Origin: a virus
Reading direction: 5' to 3' (one strand)
DNA length: 64,000 bases
IMG/VR virus record: IMGVR_UViG_3300024349_000326
Span: 1-64,000 of that record
Positions 26,363-35,575 of this stretch are shown here, piece after piece. A program made the translations under genes and the position numbers. The notes under the pieces are model-generated. The model was not told where the DNA came from. It made no database searches and was given only the letters and a program-made list of their open reading frames with translations. The first letter of the stretch is position 1. Each line of letters starts with the position of its first letter.

Positions 26363-29253
26363 GAAACATATCCCCGGCCGGATTGGCGAAACTGGCGAAC
26401 CGTTACGGCAATGAACCCATCACCATCATCGAGGTGGACTGGGTGAACGGGACCACCGCGCGCTATGCCGACCGAACGGTGGGGACAATTCCGGGCCGCA
26501 TCGTCGAGGTCGGCGATCTGGATAACGTCGTCAACGTGAGCAACAGCAGCGGGTCGCAGTCGCTTGCCGTCACGCTCGACGACACGGACGGCTCAATCAA
26601 GGCCATCATGGACGCTCACGACGTTCATAAGCGGACCTGCCGGGTCTATCAGTATTTCATGGGTCTCGATCTCGCCGACAAGTTCCTGCTCTTCAGCGGC
26701 AGGGTTAGTTCGCCGATCAGTTGGAGCGAGCGGGACCGCACGGTAAAGTTCACCATCCTCTCGCAACTGGAAGACAAGGAGATCGGCTTTTCCGCCGAGG
26801 AGGGCCAGTTCCCCTACCTGCCGGCCGACATGGTGGGCAAGGCGTGGCCGATGATCTTCGGCAAGGTGGTCAATTGCCCGACGCTTCAGGTCAACAAAGC
26901 GGTCACGGGCACGACGCTTACCGGCGTCGGCATCCTCAGTGGCATGGACCTGTGGGCCTCTTTGTCGGATGGTGCCGACGACTCGCAATTCACCATGAGC
27001 CTCATGCAGATGGTGATTGAGCGAAATCACTACTCGGAAGTAAAGGATTGTTGGGCACCGGCCTTCCATCCGCCAGTGGACGCCCAGAAGGCGGCGGAGC
27101 TTCAGCAGCGCGTTGACTCGCTGAACGAGCAGATCAACGATGCCGTGGCCCGCCGCAGCAAGCAGCGGGCGTGTGCCCAGGCCCGCCGGCAGCAGCAGAT
27201 CGACGAGGCCAACGCCCAGGGTTTGGGCGAGAATCCCATCCACATCCTCGGCGGCGAGGATTTTCCCCAGGGGCGGACTTTGACCGTCAATATCAACGGC
27301 GGTCTGTTCACCGGGCACTTCGAGGGCGAGTTGTTTCACGTCCAGAGCCGCCAGCATCCGGCGGACGCTGCCACGGCCGCTGACGCCTACGCCGAGAAGA
27401 CCGAGGAGCCGGCCGTCTGTCTGGAGCCGACGCAGACCCGCTACTATCGGTACGAGGATGAAATCCCTCCGGGCTGCGGCGCGCGGCCGTCTTGGCAGAA
27501 GACGATCATTCACTACGGGTGGGTGAGCACGACAAGCCAGGCCACTACGCACCAGATGGACACCGAGCCGGTGGCCCAGCACTTTTGGGTCGATCCCGGC
27601 GCGTCGGTGAAGATCGCCAGCGACGAGCCGATTACCTACATCGTCTCCATCGTGCCCGGCACGGTCTTGGCGGTGAAAGCCTACAAGCAACTCACCGGCG
27701 AGCGGCGGCTGGTGGACGTGCCGACCGACCTGTACACGGTCACGACGCAGACCTATGGGTCCGTGACGGCCGTGCAGATCGTCGTCAACAAGCCGCTCTC
27801 TTCCATCACGGACCAGGGCTGGAGCGACGATCTCTACGTGACTTTCCAGTCAAGCGTTGGCCCGGACACCGTGAACATCCTCAAGTACCTGATCGCCAAC
27901 TACACCGATCTGACCTGGGATGCCACGTCGTTCAATCACGTCCAGCAGAAGCTCCAGCCGTTTCCGGCCAACTTCCCGATCCTGGACCGGAAGAACACCA
28001 TCGACGTATTGCAGGAGATCGCCTTCCAGGCCCGTTGTGCCATTTGGCTCAGCAACGGGGTCTTCTACTTGAAATACCTGCCCGAGGAGCCGATGCCGGC
28101 CGGCACGATCACCGTGAGCGACATCGACGCCGAGAAGGGGATCGAGGTCGAACTGACCAGCACGGAAGACATCGTGACCAAGATGAAGGTCAACTGGCGG
28201 CTGAGTTGGGCGGACGTTTCGGACCAGCCGAAGGACAAGGCCGAGAGGACGATCCTCTTGCGGCACAACGTTGCCAAGTACGGCACCCAGGAGCAGGAAT
28301 ACGACTGGTACATCTACAACCAGCCGGACATCGCCTATAAGTGTGCGACATTCTGGCTGATCCGCAAGTCGAACACCTGGAAGCGGATCAAGTTCAAGAC
28401 CTTCTTGAATAAGCTGAACCTGGAAACCTTCGACGCCGTGGCGCTGGACTTCGACCGGTCTTACGTGGCGAACGGGCCGGTTCTGGCTATCGTCGAAAAG
28501 GCCAACTACAACTCGGCGGAGAATTGCGTGGACTTTGAGTGCCTGGTGCCGGTGGCGGCGGGCACGATGGCGCAGTACCACTTCTTCTGGCCGGCGGCAC
28601 TGCCGCAGACGGACACCTGGCCGCCTGCCAACGAGGTCGAAGCCGGCTGCGCCGGTGGCGACGGGATCGGCACGGGAGCCACGGGCAACTTGCCGGTGGG
28701 CGACACCACGACCATCCCGGATGGTAGCGTGGTCTTCGTCGGCGGCCCGAACGTCGTCTTCCGGGCGCACAGCGATTGGGGCGACAGCACGCCGACCGAC
28801 GTGGGCTTCACGGCCCAGCCGGTCGTGGACACGGCCACCTACATCAACCTCTCGCCCGGCTCGAAGCCGCGACTCAATCTGCGGACGTATCCCCGGCGGA
28901 GCCTGCCGGCCATCACGCCAGCCTCCTCGGCGGCCAGCGCGACTACCGTCGATATTCACCAGACCAAGATTCTCGATACGTCAGGCAGTGAAACCAAGGT
29001 CGCTTATCTATCGTCGATCCTCCACGGCATCAATGAGAACGGCAGCTTAACCATCGACCGTGGGGCACTGGTGGCGGACGACACGCATGAGGATGGACAG
29101 CCGTTGTCCGACGTGCTGAAGAACGGCGACGACTACCTAGCCATCCGCACGGACGTTTCCATCTGGGATGCCGATGATGGGGAGCACGAGTTCCACTTTG
29201 AGTATGACGACGAAATCGGGATGTTCGGCGCAGGGACGGCGTTCCTGCGGTAG
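26359..29253 (+). CDS. large tail tip / central fibre protein (964 aa)
   Basis: Size and position as last tail gene; beta-rich; N-terminal region resembles tail-tip/host-specificity type proteins (ITIIEVDW...); followed by terminator. Confidence 0.55.
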   Translation: MRNISPAGLAKLANRYGNEPITIIEVDWVNGTTARYADRTVGTIPGRIVEVGDLDNVVNVSNSSGSQSLAVTLDDTDGSIKAIMDAHDVHKRTCRVYQYFMGLDLADKFLLFSGRVSSPISWSERDRTVKFTILSQLEDKEIGFSAEEGQFPYLPADMVGKAWPMIFGKVVNCPTLQVNKAVTGTTLTGVGILSGMDLWASLSDGADDSQFTMSLMQMVIERNHYSEVKDCWAPAFHPPVDAQKAAELQQRVDSLNEQINDAVARRSKQRACAQARRQQQIDEANAQGLGENPIHILGGEDFPQGRTLTVNINGGLFTGHFEGELFHVQSRQHPADAATAADAYAEKTEEPAVCLEPTQTRYYRYEDEIPPGCGARPSWQKTIIHYGWVSTTSQATTHQMDTEPVAQHFWVDPGASVKIASDEPITYIVSIVPGTVLAVKAYKQLTGERRLVDVPTDLYTVTTQTYGSVTAVQIVVNKPLSSITDQGWSDDLYVTFQSSVGPDTVNILKYLIANYTDLTWDATSFNHVQQKLQPFPANFPILDRKNTIDVLQEIAFQARCAIWLSNGVFYLKYLPEEPMPAGTITVSDIDAEKGIEVELTSTEDIVTKMKVNWRLSWADVSDQPKDKAERTILLRHNVAKYGTQEQEYDWYIYNQPDIAYKCATFWLIRKSNTWKRIKFKTFLNKLNLETFDAVALDFDRSYVANGPVLAIVEKANYNSAENCVDFECLVPVAAGTMAQYHFFWPAALPQTDTWPPANEVEAGCAGGDGIGTGATGNLPVGDTTTIPDGSVVFVGGPNVVFRAHSDWGDSTPTDVGFTAQPVVDTATYINLSPGSKPRLNLRTYPRRSLPAITPASSAASATTVDIHQTKILDTSGSETKVAYLSSILHGINENGSLTIDRGALVADDTHEDGQPLSDVLKNGDDYLAIRTDVSIWDADDGEHEFHFEYDDEIGMFGAGTAFLR

Positions 29254-29295
29254 CGGCAAGTAGACGTTCAAGGTAAGTGCGGCAAGTGCGTTTGG

Positions 29296-29327
29296 ACAAA
29301 ATGCCCAGGTGGACAACCACCTGGGCA
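29296..29327 (+). terminator. intrinsic terminator at end of structural module
   Basis: AAATGCCCAGGTGG-ACAA-CCACCTGGGCATTT perfect 14-bp stem, followed by GTCTTTCTG. Confidence 0.6.
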
Positions 29328-29352
29328 TTTGTCTTTCTGAGAGGAGCATCTT

Positions 29353-29928
29353 ATGGAAAGCGCGTTTGCTTGGCTGAATCAGTTATTCCAGGCCATTTTT
29401 CAGTTCTTTCCTCGCATCCTCATCGTGCGTGCGACTCATGGCGGCGTCAAATGGGTCAAGGGGAAGCACGTCAAGCTGCTCGTGCCAGGGCTGCATATCT
29501 ATTGGCCGCTGGTAACGGACGTGGAAGTGGTCGTGACCGCGCGCCAGACGCTTGCCGTCCCGGACCAAGTGATGGCCACCAAGGACGGCAAGAAGGTGGT
29601 GGTCAAGACTCTGGTGGTCTACAAGATTCCCGATCCCGTGCGGGCCATCGGCAAGATGAACTGGGACGTGGACACCACCATCAACGACCTGACGCAATCC
29701 GCCGTGGTCCGCGTGATTGCCACGCACACCTACGACGAGATCATGGCGGGAATCAGGGACGAGAGCCTGACGAAGACCTTGACCAGAGAGGTCCGCCGCG
29801 AGTTGCGGCAGTTTGGCGTCCATATCGCCCGCTGCAAGCTGGTGGACTTCTCTGACTGCAAGGTCTACAAGCTGCTCACCAGCCAGGCGGATCGCCAGGG
29901 CATGGCTACGCACCAGTTCTATCAATAA
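29353..29928 (+). CDS. SPFH / band-7 (prohibitin-HflC-like) domain protein
   Basis: N-terminal hydrophobic segment then VKWVKGKHVKLLVPGLHIYWPL...VVYKIPDPVRAI...TTINDLTQSAVVRVIATHTYDEIM pattern typical of SPFH domains; isolated after terminator and convergent with leftward block. Confidence 0.6.
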   Translation: MESAFAWLNQLFQAIFQFFPRILIVRATHGGVKWVKGKHVKLLVPGLHIYWPLVTDVEVVVTARQTLAVPDQVMATKDGKKVVVKTLVVYKIPDPVRAIGKMNWDVDTTINDLTQSAVVRVIATHTYDEIMAGIRDESLTKTLTREVRRELRQFGVHIARCKLVDFSDCKVYKLLTSQADRQGMATHQFYQ

Positions 29929-29931
29929 GCG

Positions 29932-30321
29932 TCAAGACTGGCGTGCCGGGCAGTTCTGGCACTGGTCCAGTGTGACTTCGCAGCCGAAGTGCTCGGCCTC
30001 CGGGTTGCCGCAGATGCCCGCGATGTTCAGCGCGCCGTCAAGCACTTGGACTTGGAGCATCCGCAGTGTGCAGAGCGGCCACGCTGGATAGAGGCGCGAG
30101 CCTTCTTGCCGGAAGCCGGAGAGAGTCGGCGGAGGTCCGGGGAATTGCAGGGAGCCGTCCGGGTGAATCGTGGGCCGTCCTTGAGTCATTTCCACGTCGG
30201 GAATCGCCTGCTCCAGGAGGCGATAAAAGCTCGCGGGCGAGCCACCGGAATAGACAAGGTAGTTGCAGCTTCCCGAGGGTGTCGGGCGGCGGGGTTGGTC
30301 GTTGGGGCAATCGCATGGCAT
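29932..30321 (-). CDS. Cys-rich hypothetical protein
   Basis: 129 aa; MPCDCPND... and C-terminal GICGNPEAEHFGCEVTLDQCQNC. Confidence 0.4.
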   Translation of the reverse strand: MPCDCPNDQPRRPTPSGSCNYLVYSGGSPASFYRLLEQAIPDVEMTQGRPTIHPDGSLQFPGPPPTLSGFRQEGSRLYPAWPLCTLRMLQVQVLDGALNIAGICGNPEAEHFGCEVTLDQCQNCPARQS

Positions 30322-30326
30322 GGGTT

Positions 30327-30773
30327 TTACCAGAAGTCTCGTGGGCAGTCTTCTGTGGCCATCTTGATCTTGTTGAGCGCGGCATAGCCGTTCTCGGCCA
30401 CTCGGCAGCCGCAGCCCCGGCAGATTTGCCGCTCAGGGTCGAACCACTTGCACGGCTTGCAGTGCTGGTAGAATATCCGCTCGACCTCCTTGTCGGATCG
30501 CTCGGGCCGACCGGCCGCTGTCCACGCAATCAATGCCTCGGCATACGACAGCGTTCGTCGCACGATGCCCGGAGTCTCGGGTGGCGTCTCAGGCGGGGGC
30601 GCGGCGTCGTCATTCACTTCGACGTGTGGATGTGGTGTCTGGCATCGGCTACATGCTCGGGCCGTCACTATCATTCGGCAGGTCGGTTTGTCTTCGTCGA
30701 GACAGACGCGATGCACGACACGGCCCGTTGGCGTCCGTGAGTCAAAGGCTGAGGAGCACTCAGGAAAAGTCAT
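30327..30773 (-). CDS. Cys-rich hypothetical protein (start uncertain; longest ORF reaches 30863)
   Basis: C-terminal CKPCKWFDPERQICRGCGCR cluster; Met31 chosen so the gene does not overlap upstream gene. Confidence 0.35.
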   Translation of the reverse strand: MTFPECSSAFDSRTPTGRVVHRVCLDEDKPTCRMIVTARACSRCQTPHPHVEVNDDAAPPPETPPETPGIVRRTLSYAEALIAWTAAGRPERSDKEVERIFYQHCKPCKWFDPERQICRGCGCRVAENGYAALNKIKMATEDCPRDFW

Positions 30774-30789
30774 TGAAGGCGATTCCCTT

Positions 30790-31497
30790 TCAGCAGCAGC
30801 TTGCATTTGCGGTGTCCCAGACGGTGAAAGGGTAGCCACCGGGCTGGGAATACATCGGAACATCCACCGGACTCGTCCAGACGAACGTACCCGAGGGCGC
30901 GGAAGTTATTACGCCATCGCAGTTGGCGGAGACGACACCCAGCTCGAACACGTCCGAGTGAAACGTCGGGGCTCCTTGGTACGGATACAGCCAATACTCG
31001 ATATGCCATTTGGCCAGGTGGCCTACGTTGTTCAGGCCCGACCACCCATAGCCGTATCCTATGGCGATGGTGAAGTCGTAGTTCTGCCTGTAAGTCCAGT
31101 AGAAATGCCAATGGTCGCCGTCGAACCATTCAGTCTTCGTGAATTGCTGCGGGTAGATCAGATACGGAACGTAGGATGATCGGCCGTGGATGGAGCGCGC
31201 GTCATTGACGACGGCCTGGGTGCATCCGCAGTCGCAGTTGTCGATTACCTCGTTGAGTTCGTCGATGATGTCCTGCTTCCATTTCACCCGCTCGCACCAC
31301 TCGTCCGACTCCGGCGCATTTCTGCACATATACATCAGCCTGTTGCGGACAACACTGATGTCCGTAGCGGACCAAATATGCCCCGCCTCCACTTCGGGCA
31401 GCGGATCGAGATAGTCCGCATAGTCGCACGGTCCAATGAGGTCGTTGACCCGCTGGATGATGTCGTTCCACTTGGCTCGCGTCCAGACTTGTCCCAT
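30790..31497 (-). CDS. Trp/Tyr- and Cys-rich hypothetical protein
   Basis: 235 aa; CDCGC motif, many W/Y (WHFYWTYRQNYDF, GYGYGWSG), C-terminal ASCC. Confidence 0.45.
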   Translation of the reverse strand: MGQVWTRAKWNDIIQRVNDLIGPCDYADYLDPLPEVEAGHIWSATDISVVRNRLMYMCRNAPESDEWCERVKWKQDIIDELNEVIDNCDCGCTQAVVNDARSIHGRSSYVPYLIYPQQFTKTEWFDGDHWHFYWTYRQNYDFTIAIGYGYGWSGLNNVGHLAKWHIEYWLYPYQGAPTFHSDVFELGVVSANCDGVITSAPSGTFVWTSPVDVPMYSQPGGYPFTVWDTANASCC

Positions 31498-31511
31498 CGT
31501 GCCCTCCGCCC

Positions 31512-32132
31512 TCAGAACATCCGCAGCATGGCGTGGTAGACTCCCGCCTCGGCGATGCAGTCGGCCAAGGCGTCGTGGGGGTTAGTGTTGGTGACGCCCA
31601 GCTTCTTGCACATGGCCCCCAGGCCGACGAACGGGAAGGGCACCGGCTCGCCCGCGAAGGCGGCCTTGTCGTTCAACGAGACCGCGTAGAGCATTCCGTC
31701 GCGGGCGTGGCTGTGGAAGATCGCGTCTACCTCTGCTACGCCCAGCCATGCCTTGAGGAAGCTCGACTCGAAGGCCCAGTTGTGGGCCAACGGCACGAGG
31801 CACTTTTTGAAAGGCAGCTTCAACGCCAGCACCCAGTCGTGGAGCCAGTCGGCCACTTGCTCGGCCTCCGGGGCGTGGAGCAAGAGTTCCGTCATGGGAA
31901 TCTTGTGCTTATGCTTCGCCGCCACCGACTCCCGCTCCGGGTGCCTCGGCTTGATGCGGGTGTAGAAGGGGCGCACGTTGGCGAGCGGCTTGAAGTCCGA
32001 ATTCAGAGGCACCACGGCGATCTGGATGATTTCGTGGTAGCCGGGTTGCGTGCCCGTGGTCTCCAGGTCCACGGCTGCCATCAGGCAGCCGTTCAGATGG
32101 ACCAGGCCGGGGTAGACGATGGAATCAGCCAC
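31512..32132 (-). CDS. DnaQ-like 3'-5' exonuclease (DEDDh)
   Basis: Exo motifs AVDLETTG (I), HNWAFE (II), HDALADC (III). Confidence 0.8.
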   Translation of the reverse strand: MADSIVYPGLVHLNGCLMAAVDLETTGTQPGYHEIIQIAVVPLNSDFKPLANVRPFYTRIKPRHPERESVAAKHKHKIPMTELLLHAPEAEQVADWLHDWVLALKLPFKKCLVPLAHNWAFESSFLKAWLGVAEVDAIFHSHARDGMLYAVSLNDKAAFAGEPVPFPFVGLGAMCKKLGVTNTNPHDALADCIAEAGVYHAMLRMF

Positions 32133-32583
32133 GGCTCTTCCTCTGCTTCTTGCAGTTGGGGTTCTTGATCTCTCGGGTGCCCCTGCGCATCTTGCGGATC
32201 GTCAGGCGGGCGGCAAGCGGCTGGTAGCTCGGCATGTCGTTCAACTCGGCCGGCAGCAGCCCGCGCTCGATCATCTCCTCGTAATGGATCAGGGCCATCG
32301 CGTTGAACATGATCGCGGCCAAGTGGTCCTCGTCGCGTTTGCCCTGCTGGTACTTCATTACGTGCCGCTTGAGCGAGGCCACACAACGGCTGAAAGGCAT
32401 CCCCCGTTCCCAGTTCCGCTCGGCATACTTGGCTGCGCCCATGCGGAGCCAATGCCCCTGCCGCTCCTCGGCGAACGGAGAGATCAGGTCGGGTCGGGGC
32501 TTGTCGTCCGCCGTGTCCCGAATCGCCATGCCCTTGCCGAAGAATTGCCGCTTGCCGCTGTCCGTCATGCCGTACTTGCTCAT
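32125..32583 (-). CDS. phage NTP-pyrophosphohydrolase-like (dATP/dGTP diphosphohydrolase-type domain) protein, tentative
   Basis: Pattern GAAKYAERNWERGMP...SLKRHVMKYQQGKRDEDHLAAIMFNAMAL resembles phage MazG-like / dNTP-PPase domains; 8-nt overlap with exonuclease gene. Confidence 0.4.
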   Translation of the reverse strand: MSKYGMTDSGKRQFFGKGMAIRDTADDKPRPDLISPFAEERQGHWLRMGAAKYAERNWERGMPFSRCVASLKRHVMKYQQGKRDEDHLAAIMFNAMALIHYEEMIERGLLPAELNDMPSYQPLAARLTIRKMRRGTREIKNPNCKKQRKSRG

Positions 32584-32756
32584 TGTTCTTCTTCTCCGGG
32601 GTTCTCAGGTGAAACTTCGATGATGTCGCCGCCGTATTCGTCGGCGAAGGCCGCCTCGTCTTCCGGCCGCTGGTCCACTTCGACTTCGGCGACCAACTCG
32701 GCCCGCAGCACCGAGCGCGAAAGGAAAGCGGCGGAACGATAAACGCGAAGGGTCAT
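32580..32756 (-). CDS. small acidic ORF (58 aa) linking primase and downstream genes
   Basis: ATGA overlaps at both ends (primase stop / this start; this stop / next start); MTLRVYRSAAFLSRSVLRAELVAEVEVDQRPEDEAAFADEYGGDIIEVSPENPGEEEQ. Confidence 0.3.
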   Translation of the reverse strand: MTLRVYRSAAFLSRSVLRAELVAEVEVDQRPEDEAAFADEYGGDIIEVSPENPGEEEQ

Positions 32757-35404
32757 GGCTTAGCCTTTTCCGCCGGTTTGAGGGTCAGATGGGAAACAAA
32801 TGCCTTGTGGTCCGTTCCGAAGATTCTGGTGTGCCGGATGGGAAGTTCCTTGGAGACGGATTTCTTTGACCAGAGGTGCTTTTCGTTGGCGGGGAGCCAT
32901 TGCTGAAAGCGGTCGTAAAACTCCGCGAACAGGGTATGCTTGTCGGGCGTCTGCGTGCAGCATTGCAGGATGAATTCCTCCAAGGCCGTCTGATTGTCTT
33001 CCTGCGCGGACAACTTGCTGGCGGTTGTCACGACCGGCAGCCGCAGCCGGTCGATGATGGGTGGCAGGTCCATGTGCATGATCGTGTAGAGGAAGTGTGG
33101 GGCCTCCTGATCGAGGAATACTTCCATCTTCGCTTTGGCGATTTTCTGCTCCTCCAGCAGATCGTTGACCTGGATTGCCGTGATGCGGGTATCGCCGGGA
33201 AAGACGGGGCAGTTCCCCCGGCTGTTGGCCGTCTGGACCCAATGGGTTGCGTTGGGTTGCTCAAAGCTGTCGCACCGCATCTTGCGGATCAAGATGGTTC
33301 GTCCCGTGCTGTATTCTTTGAGTTTGGCGTGGGCACCCGGCGACTTGGTGATGTCCACCTCTTCTACCGCGCAGATGATCGCGCCCGCCAACTCATTGTT
33401 GAATTCACTCGTGAGCGCCCGTTTGGCTTGGACTACGCCTTTCGTCACCAGCCGTTGTAGGGACTCATAGAAGATGCTCTTGCCGCAGTCTTCCGGGCCA
33501 AAGAAGAAGAGGTAGGGAGTGGGCTGAAAGGGATCGCGGAAGGCGCAGGCCACCCAGGCACGCAGATAACTGGCTCCAGTCCTGACGTTTGCGTCGATCG
33601 CCCAAGGCAACTCGCGCAGGGCAGGTGTTAGCTCGTGGCCGATGTGGTCGAAGATCATGTCCCAGTGCGGATGGTGCGGGACTTCATCATCGGCCAATTC
33701 GGCGGGCCGGAACTTGAATTGCGCGGCGTCGAGATTCCATTGCCGGCCGCCGGGGTACTCCTCGCGGAAGGGCAGATTGACCAGTCGCCAACCGCGTGCG
33801 GCGGCTGCGCCCATGATGGCTTCCGCCTCCGCCTTGGGATGATTCAGGCTTTGCAGCAGCATCTTGACGTTTGAGGCCGGATGCCGCACCCATTCCTTTT
33901 CCTTCTTCATCACCCAGCCGGCGTGCTCGACGGCGGCCGTCTCTACGGCTCGGATGATGTGGTCAAACTCATTGAAATCGAGTTCGTCGTCATCCTTGGG
34001 GTCGGTCTGAACCTTGAAAATCCTGACGTACTTGCCCCTCTTGTCGTCCCAGCCTTCTATCGGGTCTTCGTTCTTCTTCCGTTCGATCTCCACGACCAGT
34101 CGGCCATCTTTGTGGGCCTTGAGCGTCACTTTGCGGTCGTCGATGTCGTTCGGCAGTGCGAGGTCTTCGCCCAAGGTCTTGGCGGCCTGGATAGCGGCAT
34201 CGGCCGAAGAAAAGACGTAACCGCCCTCCTCGCGCTCTACGCCGCCGAAAAGCGTGCAAGCCGTCTCCAGGTCCGGGTAGCGATTGAAGTAGCAGGTGGT
34301 CCAACCTTGCCCGTCCTGGGTCCAGGTGTCGGCTTCGGCGATGCCGGGCGAGAAGCGGTAGACCCGCCACGCACCGTTGGGCAGCGGGAAGAGAAAGCAG
34401 TTCGGCGTATTGGGGTCGCGGCCTTGGGAGATCGTCTTGAAAACGCCGACCAGCTTTAGAACCTTGCCTTCTTCGTCCAACAGCTTGCGGAGGGCCGTCG
34501 TATGCGTCTGTAGCAGATGGTGGTCGGCGACCCAGAGCGTGGTCGCGCCGGATCGCATCAGGGCCTCAATCTGCGCCTTGTGCGAGTCGTCCAAAGGGAT
34601 GATCTTCCGGCTGGATGCCAGGGTCTCGAAGGGGTCTTGATCGTCCTCGGCAATCTCGTTGACCCGAATCTTGGATCGGCGGCCCTTGACCACTTCAATG
34701 TGATCGCGCCAATTCTTCGGCAGGTCGGCGAGCGAAAGATGCTTCGTGGCCGGCTTGATGACTTCCAGGCCGTGGTTCTCGGCCGACAACTTCCGGTGCC
34801 ATATCCACATGACGTGCCCACAGGCGTCGATTGCACTGGCGAAGTCAAAGCCCACTTCGGCAGACATCATTCCCAGGATGCAACGGGCCAAGGCGGCGTG
34901 CTCGGTGTGGTTCGCCGTTGGCACGCCGGCGTCGTCGAGATAGACGTAGAGATGGATGCCGTCTCCGCCGGTGCTGCGGCGGACTTCGACGTAGGGTAAG
35001 GCGCACGCCGCCTGTTTGACCTTCTCCAACTGGTCATCGTCGATGCCAACGCCTTGGGCGTGGCCGGTCAGGGCGTCGAAATCGTAGCCGAAATGCCGGG
35101 AGACTCGGGCCTTCCATTCCCATCCCGTCATGCCGATGCCTTCGGCGTACAGATCGAAGGGGTAGCCGACCTTGTAGTCTTCCCACGTCGGGTCCGTGGC
35201 CGCGTTTTTCGGGATGCGGATGGAGTGCCAGGTGTCGCTGCCGTTAGTCCAGGTGGACTTCTTGCCGGCCACCGGCTCGCCATCGCCGGCAACGACGTTC
35301 ACCTGGGTCTCCATCGCCGTGGACCACCGATCCACCAGATCGGCGTTGGCTGGCGTCTTCCGGGCGTGGAGGAAGCTGTAGAGGGCTTCGCTTGCTAAGG
35401 GCAT
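32753..35404 (-). CDS. primase-helicase (prim-pol N-domain plus P4/D5-type SF3 NTPase)
   Basis: 883 aa; N-terminal GDGIHLYVYLDD prim-pol-like motif; C-terminal Walker A LFFFGPEDCGKSIFYESL and Walker B ICAVEEVD. Confidence 0.8.
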   Translation of the reverse strand: MPLASEALYSFLHARKTPANADLVDRWSTAMETQVNVVAGDGEPVAGKKSTWTNGSDTWHSIRIPKNAATDPTWEDYKVGYPFDLYAEGIGMTGWEWKARVSRHFGYDFDALTGHAQGVGIDDDQLEKVKQAACALPYVEVRRSTGGDGIHLYVYLDDAGVPTANHTEHAALARCILGMMSAEVGFDFASAIDACGHVMWIWHRKLSAENHGLEVIKPATKHLSLADLPKNWRDHIEVVKGRRSKIRVNEIAEDDQDPFETLASSRKIIPLDDSHKAQIEALMRSGATTLWVADHHLLQTHTTALRKLLDEEGKVLKLVGVFKTISQGRDPNTPNCFLFPLPNGAWRVYRFSPGIAEADTWTQDGQGWTTCYFNRYPDLETACTLFGGVEREEGGYVFSSADAAIQAAKTLGEDLALPNDIDDRKVTLKAHKDGRLVVEIERKKNEDPIEGWDDKRGKYVRIFKVQTDPKDDDELDFNEFDHIIRAVETAAVEHAGWVMKKEKEWVRHPASNVKMLLQSLNHPKAEAEAIMGAAAARGWRLVNLPFREEYPGGRQWNLDAAQFKFRPAELADDEVPHHPHWDMIFDHIGHELTPALRELPWAIDANVRTGASYLRAWVACAFRDPFQPTPYLFFFGPEDCGKSIFYESLQRLVTKGVVQAKRALTSEFNNELAGAIICAVEEVDITKSPGAHAKLKEYSTGRTILIRKMRCDSFEQPNATHWVQTANSRGNCPVFPGDTRITAIQVNDLLEEQKIAKAKMEVFLDQEAPHFLYTIMHMDLPPIIDRLRLPVVTTASKLSAQEDNQTALEEFILQCCTQTPDKHTLFAEFYDRFQQWLPANEKHLWSKKSVSKELPIRHTRIFGTDHKAFVSHLTLKPAEKAKP

Positions 35405-35489
35405 GGCAACTCTCTAAGGCCGCGTCGCGATTGATCCCGTGTCGTGCGTATAAACGCACGGTGCTCGGCCTCGAATAGCGGGCCGCGTA

Positions 35490-35575
35490 GACACCTACAC
35501 ATGACTCCCAAATCTCCAGTTTTTTCCGACCATTTCTGGAAACTTGGCGAGTTTTGGGAGTCATGTGTAGGTGTC
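35490..35575 (+). promoter_or_regulatory. perfect 23-bp inverted repeat pair (operator-like); right arm contains copy 2 of the 22-bp motif
   Basis: GACACCTACACATGACTCCCAAA (35490-35512) and its exact reverse complement TTTGGGAGTCATGTGTAGGTGTC (35553-35575), 40-bp spacer containing TTTCTGGAAA; lies between divergent primase and ParB-like genes. Confidence 0.75.
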
